This document shows, in pieces, positions 37,801 to 46,962 of a DNA stretch of 64,000 nt. The stretch lies in the NCBI GenBank assembly GCA_048013815.1, contig CM106585.1, positions 23,622,001 through 23,686,000 on the forward strand, given 5' to 3'. This DNA comes from Setoptus koraiensis (lineage: Eukaryota; Animalia; Arthropoda). Within the stretch, counting starts at the first letter, position 1, and each line of letters starts with the position of its first letter. Position numbers and translations under genes: made by a program. The notes below the pieces were generated by a model. The model did no database searches and was not told the DNA's origin. It saw only the letters and a list, made by a program, of their open reading frames with translations.

Positions 37801-40127
37801 AACAGCGACTAAAATGATGACTTTCTGAATAGACAAAGTTAGTCGGCGCTGCCGCCATGGCGCGTCCTTGGCTTACTTATTACGTGATATCTCTCTGGCG
37901 GTAATAGCCCCCACCCGACTCCCCTCTCTTTCCACTATCTATCCAATGAATTTAGATGGCGCAGTCTTATTATATAATATTTGTTGTCGCTATAGTCGCT
38001 CTTTTGCGTCACTTTGCTCATTCTCTTGACTGTTGTCTGATGGTTGCGTAGTTTTGTTTGTTTGTTTGCTTGCTGGCTTGATCTCTGACTAACTGTTTGT
38101 GAGTATGTGGTTAAAGTGCATTAAACTATGAATGTTAGCAAGCCAATGTTGTTCATCAACACAGCTGCAACAGCACTGCGCCAGCAGCAGGGGATAACGG
38201 TCTTGCCTTTGACACACTGATATAGTGAACTAGACTGCTATTATAGTAGTTAATGCTTATCAGTCAACAATCGTCAAGCTGGCCCGCTCAATTGAAGTCG
38301 TCGTAGTTGCTGTTGTTGTTGTTGTTGTTGTTGTTGGTTTGATTTTGCTTGCTCTCTAAATACTGATAATGATCATGATGTGTCGTCGTCTTATGCTATT
38401 CCTCTGTCGTCCCAAGTATCATCATCAGCATAGAGACATTTTCGCTATTATTTGAAACTTATATTTGTGTTATTGATTGATCGTTGACAAGTCACAGCTC
38501 GTTATTGGCATCTATTGAATTGACAATGCGACATTGGTCATTGTTGTTTCACTCGACAGAACCTTTTCCCTCTTGTCTCTATTTCGAGCAGGAATTGATT
38601 TTTGTCCAACACAAAAGACCCACCATGATGAACAGCTGCTTATAAACACACAACTGTCGACTAATCATTGACAACAAATCTACTCACCGGTTATCGTTCA
38701 TCTGTGTGCTCTACTGGCAAGCTAGTTAACCAAGCAGCTCGATCGCCAGAGACACCGACATTCAGTGAGCAAGCCGATGAGCTGGCTTGTTGGCTGCATG
38801 ATTCAGCTCATACAGTTTCTCTCTCTCTCTCCCTCTTTATTATTCTCGCCTATAGTTTTACCTATGCCCATTGCTAGCCCTACACTCATACCTCTACATT
38901 ATATTAAACCTCTACCCCTTAATAAATTCCATCTAAGAGATAGACGATCGACGTAAACAACTTCACACAACTTGTTGTTGTTTTCGTTGTTTCTTATTGA
39001 GCTCCCGTACATTGTATATACAATGCATCAATCATGTCTAATGCAACCTGGCTAGAAAGGGCTCATGGGCTGATAACGAGCCTATCCATGTGATCGTGCC
39101 TAGCTTGTCCATGTTACTACCGATATTATCATGTAACACACAAAGACAATTTTGTAGGATAGAAAAATTAGCAATTTCTTTCGTCTAACTACTTATACTT
39201 GCATAAATGTATCGACAAAAGATTGATGATGTAGCTTGTTCGACACACTGCTGGCTATTGGTCAAGATTGACTAGTAGTCAACACCAACAGGAGCCCGTG
39301 TTGCTCATTAGTAATTATCCAGCGGTGATAGGACCGTTTACGGTAGCAACTGAGAGAATCAGTTGACGAAACTCTGAAAACTTCCATACATGTATCATCT
39401 AACCGTCAGTCGAGCGGGCTCACTTGCGTGCCAACTATTTTCTTCATCTTACGGCTCGATGAGATGATATCTCTCGAAATTAGCATTATCATATCATTTT
39501 GTAGTTCTATGAGAGCGAACGACCACTAACAATATAATACAATCAGTGCAATATAATTTATATAAAAATATTAATCATACAACTATTATCTGAACTTCTT
39601 CAAACTGCTCTCAAACTAACTACAGCGGATACCACAGAGATGAGGCTTGTCACCCATGTGTTTGAATTCGCCAAAAGTTTGGCCGAGATCGGATTGACTG
39701 AAAGCGAGCTGGCCTTATTCTCGGCATTTATCCTCCTCCAACCAGGTGAGTTTTGTTGATGATCGCACCACAACAATTGTCTCTTATGCCAATCGATTTA
39801 TCTCTGAATGCTAATTACTAATCAACTAACATTATCTTGTTTTTTTTTTATTCGTCATCTTTTTCAGATCGAGCTGGACTCAAGGAGGTGATTGATATAC
39901 AGCGCCTCAACCAGGCTATAGCTAAATCATTGCGCTATGAGCTTAACAAGACCCACAAGAGCCCGTTTAGGGGAGATGTGGCAGTACACGACTTATTAAT
40001 GTCTAAAATGAATCAATTACGTGAAATTAGCCTATTACATATGGATGCATTATCAAGATTCCGACGCTTGGCCCCAGATATTGAATTTCCTGCACTACAT
40101 AAGGAATTATTCTCACCGGATTGTTAG
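22225..40127 (+). CDS. Hr3: Nuclear receptor HR3 (ROR/NR1F family); exons 22225-22294, 23707-26451, 39626-39745, 39868-40127; about 1064 aa
   Basis: Exon 1 ends TGSIK/G then [37 protein letters not shown]...[53 protein letters not shown] continues in the distal exon ADTTEMRLV...[17 protein letters not shown] and ends [10 protein letters not shown]. All junctions are phase-consistent GT-AG. Confidence 0.93.
22471..22566. repeat. (AC)n microsatellite in HR3 intron 1
   Basis: About 96 nt of near-perfect AC repeat. A (GT)n-rich tract follows at about 22641-22756 and more AC at about 22809-22905. Confidence 0.95.
23434..23478. repeat. 3 x 15-bp tandem repeat with core CGAACTTTTTG
   Basis: TCGAACTTTTTGTCA / TCGAACTTTTTGTCG / GCGAACTTTTTGCCT, plus a partial unit at about 23421. 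Confidence 0.85.
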
Positions 40128-40447
40128 TTGTTAAATATCTCTATCTATTGTGTCTACCATCATTAAATGATTTAATGATGGCACTGCATCACTTTTTTCG
40201 TTGCTTTTAACATTTTGATAAAGAATACAAAAGGGAGATTGAAATTGGAAGTAGGCGTAGTTAATAACTACTAGTTATTGGACACACAACACAATTATTA
40301 CTGGACATACTGACAAATGATGATATCATGGGAGCAAGAAAAGAAAACCATCATAAGGCAACAATAAGACAAGAATAAAAAACAAAAGATTATTATCAGA
40401 CCTTTTAATTATTTATTAGATATTAAAGCTATGCAAAGAGTAGTCTC

Positions 40448-40714
40448 TCAACTGCTTATTTGACGCCTTTTTTGCGTACTTATATATAAAACGTTATTTC
40501 CCCTAATAAATGCATCGCCGTATCTCTTCTTAAATTCTCCGTTGAAATATTCTTCACTTTGCTCCAAAGCTATATTCATGTAGCCGTCCAGACAGGCTAG
40601 AACGCCTCTATAGTCACTGCCATTGTTACATTTGACAACAACATTACGTCCTATTATCTGTTTCAAGAAATCTGAAGGGTTTTGTCTCTTGGTGGGTACG
40701 GCTTCAGAACTCAT
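40448..40714 (-). CDS. LSM6: U6 snRNA-associated Sm-like protein LSm6, intronless
   Basis: PSDFLKQIIGR.VVVK...DYRGVLACLDGYMNIALEQ.EEY...YGDAFIRGNNVLYISTQKRR. Confidence 0.97.
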   Translation of the reverse strand: MSSEAVPTKRQNPSDFLKQIIGRNVVVKCNNGSDYRGVLACLDGYMNIALEQSEEYFNGEFKKRYGDAFIRGNNVLYISTQKRRQISS

Positions 40715-41165
40715 GGTTGATTTGGATTGTTTGTTGTTGTTTTGTTTAACGAATGTTCACAGAAGCGTTTTTATTCGGCCACAGTATCCTGATGATTTAT
40801 CAATGTTATAAATTTGTCATAAATTTGTGTCATTTGGTCGTAACGATAAGCTTGATATAACGATTGATGTTGGTATTGTATTGACGATTATTTGTTTATT
40901 TTAATTTGGAGCACGATGTCGGCCGCTTACGATATGGGATTTCAAACACCGTGGCAATTCGTCACAACATTGCGTGCAGCGCTCACAAAAAAGAAGATAG
41001 GTTCAAATATGGCGCCTATCAAAAAGGACGAGCACGTTTGTTTTGTTTTTCTGATTGGGGCAACTCGGATCACCTCGACAATCAACCAAGATAATCTGGA
41101 TAACTACTTGGAGGGCTCGTTTGCCGAGATTTGCCAACTGGATCTCAGCCCCTCGATTCACAGTG

Positions 41166-41894
41166 ATGACAGCAATAATCGCCCTCAGGACGGCGACCGC
41201 ACATGCAGGCTCATTGGCGAACATTCGTTGTCTTTGGACTTTCCAACGGACTCTAACACCGCCTTTACAAGTACCCAAAGAATCGCCTTATATTGTTGGG
41301 CCTTATCTGAAGCCAGACTATCTCCCCACAGAATACATCACCGAGCCTATTAAAGACGATGAGAATGATGATGACCACAAGATATACAAACCGACTCACT
41401 TGGTCGAAGATGAAGAAAGGAAAATCAAACTTCTCCTGCTCAAAGATGTCGAAGGATTAGGTATAAGTGGCGAAATTATCGATGTTCCCTGGAGGTACGG
41501 TGCAAGCAAACTCATAGCAATGGGTAAAGCGGATTACGCTACAGATTTCAATATTAAGTGGTACAAATTTGATAACAGAGAATCAAGATCTTCTGCCTCA
41601 TCTGCGTTGTCACCCATCACCGTTCGCAATCTACGAGATAGAATTTACGATTTATATATAGCAGACGGTGTGGAAATTCAACCTTGGCACATTTCATTGG
41701 CGATGAGGCTGGCTGATGTTCAGTGTCCATTGCACGCCATCCGTGGTGAAACCTTACAAAGTTATACGGAAAACGGAAAAGAATATGTCAAATGTACTAT
41801 TGTAATCAACAATCATGAGAATGTCACTGTCCGATTCAGATTGCCAAGTAAGAGAGTTGACGACGACGACGATGAGTTGGACATAGAAGATTGA
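41166..41894 (+). CDS. MRPL9: Mitochondrial 39S ribosomal protein L9 (likely start at the first in-frame ATG, 41166)
   Basis: Presequence-like MTAIIALRTATAHAGSLANIR; L9 N-domain-like KIKLLLLKDVEGLGISGEIIDVPWRYGASKLIAMGKADYA; C-terminal KCTIVINNHENVTVRF. Confidence 0.75.
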   Translation: MTAIIALRTATAHAGSLANIRCLWTFQRTLTPPLQVPKESPYIVGPYLKPDYLPTEYITEPIKDDENDDDHKIYKPTHLVEDEERKIKLLLLKDVEGLGISGEIIDVPWRYGASKLIAMGKADYATDFNIKWYKFDNRESRSSASSALSPITVRNLRDRIYDLYIADGVEIQPWHISLAMRLADVQCPLHAIRGETLQSYTENGKEYVKCTIVINNHENVTVRFRLPSKRVDDDDDELDIED

Positions 41895-42027
41895 AGATGC
41901 TGATCAGATTTGTTAAACGATTGTAATCAATCAATTCATTATTTAATTCAATATAAAATTTACAAAATAGGTCTACTTTTAGTTACCAGTATACAGATAT
42001 CTAGTATATACAATATTTCGAATCGAA

Positions 42028-42558
42028 TCAGGTTCCCCGGTATGAACTTACGTTGGCAATGGATTTTGATGTTTCGAAACTAGCCAGAATGAGCTTCTTT
42101 AACATGGCCAACTCAAACTTTGTCACGTTACGCAACTTAATTTGAGATATTTTATCGTCATCTTGTGTCACAACACTGTCCAAGAGAGCCAATGCACTAG
42201 TTCTCAGAATAGCCTCTCTTCTTTCTATAAGATTACAATGATTATGTGGCATCGGTACATTATGGCTTTCCAACAGTTTCAGTATCTCCCTCCAGTGAGG
42301 GCTTGGCATCTTGATAAGTCCTTGACTATTCAATTGTTCCTCTTGCAACTCGGGTATCCTCCTGACCCATTCTGGCAATACAATTTTGCACTTTTGTTGT
42401 CTATGTAAATTCAATGCCATCCACAGAGGTACTTGAGTGGGAATGGAGGGATGAAAAGGACCGAAATCTCCACATATGAGATGAAGCACATGTTCATATT
42501 TAAAGTTTGGCACTACCTCAATGAGTTCGTCCTCCGCTAGAAAGTCACAGAAGTCCAT
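42028..42558 (-). CDS. GINS2: GINS complex subunit Psf2, intronless
   Basis: FLAEDELIEVVPNF...LHLICGDFGPFHPSIPTQVPLWMALNL.RQQKCKI.LPEW. Confidence 0.95.
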   Translation of the reverse strand: MDFCDFLAEDELIEVVPNFKYEHVLHLICGDFGPFHPSIPTQVPLWMALNLHRQQKCKIVLPEWVRRIPELQEEQLNSQGLIKMPSPHWREILKLLESHNVPMPHNHCNLIERREAILRTSALALLDSVVTQDDDKISQIKLRNVTKFELAMLKKLILASFETSKSIANVSSYRGT

Positions 42559-42810
42559 GGTTCATATTCTTTTCTCATCAAATCAAATAGTATTGTTGAC
42601 TATTTTTATAATAATGAATTGCGAAGTCTCTTTTTCTTTGAACTGACAATGGATTCATAGTCCCGCTTTCATATGGAAAGTCAGTTTCGTGGCGCTTGTT
42701 TTGAAAATGAATCGAATTCTAGTAATGGGGGGGGGGGGAACCGAGAGAATTCTCCCGTTCCCAATTTCCCACTCTCCCTCCAGTTCTATCGAATTCAATC
42801 AAACGGATTG

Positions 42811-42932
42811 TAGTGATGCGGAGCGAACGCTCGCTCTGAACAAGGTTGTTTGGTTCCGAGTGCGATGACACGCGTGAAATTCAATGAAAATTTCCCATCA
42901 GATCAATCAATGAAGACAAACGATTAATTAGT
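42811..42932 (+). mobile_element. Degenerate left-half copy of the 3480-3794 MITE family
   Basis: TAGTGATGCGGAGCGAACGCTCGCTCTGA matches the left TIR of the first copy, and TCAGATCAATCAATGAAGACAAACGATTAATTAGT matches its internal TTAGATCAATCAATGAAAACAAACGATTCATTAGT. No right TIR was found. Confidence 0.75.
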
Positions 42933-42989
42933 CGCACTTACGGATTGATTCCGCCACAGAATCTGTAGCGTTCATCTTATCGCAGAATA

Positions 42990-43625
42990 TATGACCTACC
43001 GGTTCTTTCAAACATAGGTCTTTTTTCACAAATTTCACCCTGCAATGACCTAACTGGTGGTGGTATACACTTGAAGATCGAGTTTCATGGAGGGACATCA
43101 GGACAGAAAGAAGGACGCTCTGTGTCTCTCTCATCGCATGGCAAATGAAGTCCATGAATATACTAGTCGAAGAAAAGTAGATATGTTGGTGAAAGTCATG
43201 AATTGTTTTAGAACAAAGACTACCATAACAGAAAACAAAAGGGGTGCGGTTTTTGGCACTTACTTTTCTAGAAATTCTAGTATTTCTTCTATTCCGTTAT
43301 GGTCTTCACTTTCGTGGATAAATCTATAAAGTTTGTTATTTATTCGGCTCCTGATATAGGATTGTAGATCCCATAAATAATGCTATATCAAATGCAATAT
43401 AAGGGTGACACTTTCCAGCTCTCTCTGATATTCGCTATCGAAAAATTCCAACAATTGTATACGAAATCGGAGTACACATATGCTATTGCTAAGTTTGGGT
43501 TGAATTCAGGTGAGTCGAAAAACTAAATCATTAGATCACAGACGAGCTGCAGATGTGGCCAAGATGGATCGGGCACATCTAGGTTGGATGTTAATGGTAG
43601 TGTATCGACAAAAGTTTGATCAGTT
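42990..43625 (-). pseudogene. PP2A regulatory subunit B56 (B'/PPP2R5) unprocessed pseudogene fragment
   Basis: Manual translation: PSWPHLQLVCDLMI*FFDSPEFNPNLA...DFV / QLLEFFDSEYQRE...[43 protein letters not shown], then a GTAAGT...TAG intron (43263-43163), then IHGLHLP / VLLSVLMSLHETRSSSVYHHQLGHCRVKFVKKDLCLKEPV. Stops at 43523-25 and 43383-85; frameshift near 43459. Confidence 0.85.
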
Positions 43626-44701
43626 ATCATCGCCATTAGTAATTTACTAGAGGAAAAAATGCAAAGAGATCCCACACGACCTCACCGAGAAGTTTTCGTT
43701 CTTATTGATAAGTCTGAATTTTTACCTCATCTTTGAATAATTAGATCGGGTAAATTCAGAGCTTGTCAGGATTGTAGGCATGAGATTGTTAGACGAACTA
43801 TAAGTGTCCATAAAGGATTAAAGTTTGCGACGACTGCTTACGTCCGATATAATATCATGAGATATCCGAGATATCACCTATGGGAAAATCTTCATCTTGA
43901 TTATAAAGACCCCAAAAGTTGAAAATTTACTTCGGTTCACAAATTGAAATATGGCCGAAGATCTATCCATGAGTTTTGTCTACCATACCCATTCAACCTC
44001 AATGGATATCCATAGACCATGAGCATCGTAATCCTTTCTTGTTGAGTCATTGCGCTTATCTCATCTAATGAGCAAGGTGTTTTTTCATTCTAGACCGTAC
44101 GAACCGATTAGGTGTGTTGTCGACCCTCTGAAAATATTATCTTTGTCATTCTTAGCACGTGTAACAAATGTCCAACTCCAGGACTCCATGTGCATATGAG
44201 TACTTGTTAGGCAACTTCATGTTTCAAGTGTTGTGAACAAATTGAATGCGCCTAGTCGAGTTTTCGGGCGACAGGGGTCGATCTTATTCTTTTCATCTGG
44301 GCAAGCAGTGCGAGCTGAGGTTCCTCTGCACCATCTATGGATGAATGGGCTCGTGGTGGTTAGTGCTAGCACTAAAGCTAATCTGTAGTGTTAGCACTAA
44401 CCAAGCTAACTTCAGTGCTTCCCTTCGTCTGCCTTTGACAGTGTCTCGCCAGTGTCCTCATGGAATAGCATCCGATGGCCCCATAAACCTTTGTCGGTTA
44501 TGTAACAACGGAGCATACAACGAAGACAGACATTGCTATTTACTGTTTATCTGAGGCTAAATGTGTTAAAAAAATTAATATTAGATAGATAGTTTAGATT
44601 GATCCCTTGGTGAAGAATCATTTGCAAATATTCATCGTTGGCTAGAAAACAATTGATCGAAAAAACAAATATTTCGGTTTAAAGAACCTCAATGTCGGAC
44701 C

Positions 44702-45097
44702 ATGTTGGACCATTGGTTCTCTCATGAATTGACCCTATTAGAAGTTATATTATGCCTCATTCTTGTCGTTGCGGCAAGTATTGTTGCTATATGTACTTGT
44801 CATCGTCTAACACGAGTGACTCAGGATAAATCAGTCGATATTCATCTTCAGAGATATAATAATAGTAATAACAATACAGCTACACCTGACCAAAACGTAC
44901 CTGTAATACCCATAATCAATAGTGACCAAACTAATACTAATACTGAGCTGGCTACCAATTACACTATTACTCATTTAGATGATCTCTCAGCATTAGCACC
45001 AAATTTAGTGGCCTCCAATGTTCGATGCAGCAATGTTAATTTGACCGATTTACATTATTCATGTCCAAGCTACGCGGAAGCAACCGGCCTTCAATGA
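44702..45097 (+). CDS. Small single-pass membrane protein (131 aa) with PY-like tail (CPSYAEA)
   Basis: Hydrophobic LLEVILCLILVVAASIVAICTC followed by a polar tail; no family recognised. Confidence 0.55.
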   Translation: MLDHWFSHELTLLEVILCLILVVAASIVAICTCHRLTRVTQDKSVDIHLQRYNNSNNNTATPDQNVPVIPIINSDQTNTNTELATNYTITHLDDLSALAPNLVASNVRCSNVNLTDLHYSCPSYAEATGLQ

Positions 45098-45355
45098 CAT
45101 TTATTTTGATTATCTATAATACATTATTATTATTATTAACGTGTAAACCAATCTTATAGCAACTTATTACGCGCTAATCCGGAATACACTAGCTCGATCA
45201 CTGCTTCACACTTCCTGATGTTGCTTATAGTAAAAACGATTTGAATCTCGTTATTGTTATCATATTATTTTCTCGGATATCTATTATTATCGTTGAGGTA
45301 AAGACAAAACATCAATCTGTTATCAACTGATCACTGCAATCTATGTTGTTTAAGA

Positions 45356-46753
45356 ATGTTGGATAAAATATCGGACCGATATTTGATTTATACTAAAGTG
45401 CTAACGATTTTAGCCGTGCAATGTCAATTCTGGAAAATGGCCACGACCATTCAATTCGTCAGGGATTTGCCTACCTTTATAAAATTGGCAACATCAAATC
45501 TGACAGACGTTCCTAAAGACAGGACGTTCCCTAACAGTTTCTTGCAGACATGCGATGAACCTCATGTATCTTGTTTCGACAAGAACGCAATCTGTGAGTC
45601 AGGATACTGTATATGTCGCACGGGATACTTCACAAACAATCTAGGTCGCTGTCAATTATTCAAGATTATGCTTCAATTGTGTAACAGTGACATAGAATGT
45701 CAAGCGTGGGACCCTTCGGCCTATTGTGATACTTCATTGTCGTCAGCGCCTAGCCCCTACTGTGATTGCAGACCAGGCACTGTATATGATCGTAGATTGA
45801 ATTCTTGTCTTCCATGTAGCACCACTAGTCATCATGAGCATTCATCATTTGATAGCAACGGAGAGGATATTACGCTCGCTTGCCCAGATTCAAAGAATCA
45901 AACTGATCCCTATCGATTAAAAACACCATTGGAAGTTTTAATGGGCGCCATAACACTGTTCACTATATTCACGATTCTCTGGTTCTTAGTCAGACGTTTA
46001 TATTATGAACTGAAGAAGATTTTCAATAATTATTCACGAGCTAATTCTAGAATGTTGGTAACAAACGATCGTGTCGTAGTTGCCAGATTTTCTACAAGCA
46101 CAGTGATATCTGATAGATCTCGCGAAAACAGAACAACCGCCAATTTAACATTGAACCCACCTTTGCCTGCTACCAACATACATGACTTTACAGTTAATGA
46201 CGGCGTTATATCGCCACTAGATGCACCACCGTTTCAACCAAATGATATTACATCTGGACCAAGAGTCAGCTCATGGCGTTTCGGCACTAATCGCAACAAT
46301 CGCGACCATCAATTCCTCTCCCAATCTATTGTTGCACCGATAAATCCTGCTCTTGTTTTGTTGCGAGCTGCTATCCGTAATCATGATAGTTCCACCGCAC
46401 TACCAGCATTCGATCCCCCACCAAAATATGACGAGGCCATGGCAACTGAGGTGGCTCCATTCTTGCTAGGTCGAGTTGCTGGCACAGACCCGGTTGAGGC
46501 CCACATTAATGCGACCAGTATACAACAACCCCTGCAAATCATCATACCATCTGAGGCATCAATTATAGATGAACAACAGATCAATGGGACTTCAACATGC
46601 ACCTTGCTCATGCATGGTGATACCAATAGTAGACCGAATATTGCAGAAAACAACGAAGATCGGCCATCTGGCCACCCTCCCGCTTATGTATGGTTTACTA
46701 ATGAAAGAGATTCGAGACGCAACCGACGCAACAGAAGAAAATCTGCTTTATGA
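45356..46753 (+). CDS. Type I membrane protein with Cys-rich (EB/EGF-like) ectodomain and cytoplasmic PPxY motifs (465 aa)
   Basis: Long open frame; CDEPHVSCFDKNAICESGYCICRTGY...CNSDIECQAWDPSAYC...CDCRPG...C; TM VLMGAITLFTIFTILWFLV; PPPKYDEA and PPAY. Confidence 0.75.
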   Translation: MLDKISDRYLIYTKVLTILAVQCQFWKMATTIQFVRDLPTFIKLATSNLTDVPKDRTFPNSFLQTCDEPHVSCFDKNAICESGYCICRTGYFTNNLGRCQLFKIMLQLCNSDIECQAWDPSAYCDTSLSSAPSPYCDCRPGTVYDRRLNSCLPCSTTSHHEHSSFDSNGEDITLACPDSKNQTDPYRLKTPLEVLMGAITLFTIFTILWFLVRRLYYELKKIFNNYSRANSRMLVTNDRVVVARFSTSTVISDRSRENRTTANLTLNPPLPATNIHDFTVNDGVISPLDAPPFQPNDITSGPRVSSWRFGTNRNNRDHQFLSQSIVAPINPALVLLRAAIRNHDSSTALPAFDPPPKYDEAMATEVAPFLLGRVAGTDPVEAHINATSIQQPLQIIIPSEASIIDEQQINGTSTCTLLMHGDTNSRPNIAENNEDRPSGHPPAYVWFTNERDSRRNRRNRRKSAL

Positions 46754-46962
46754 TGTTATAATAAATTAGACCCGATTGAAATAACTTTTGTTGACTTAAT
46801 TGAGGCCTCAAACGAAAATTTCTAGAACGCTAAAGCGTGAAATTGTTCCGCACCATCTAATGTTCATATTTATCTGATTAGCTATAAAAAGACCTCAACA
46901 AATTGAATATTCAAATTATTCAAACAATACTAGTGAAAGTATTTGTGGGATTTATTGATTTG

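Noticed and set aside
21000-39600. Dozens of 60-143 aa ORFs rich in HT, CV or poly-L/V
   Set aside because: Translations of microsatellites or antisense shadows of HR3; many start at non-ATG codons.
40892-41353. 153-aa ORF overlapping the MRPL9 5' end
   Set aside because: Non-ATG track start and no homology; overlaps a recognisable gene in another frame.
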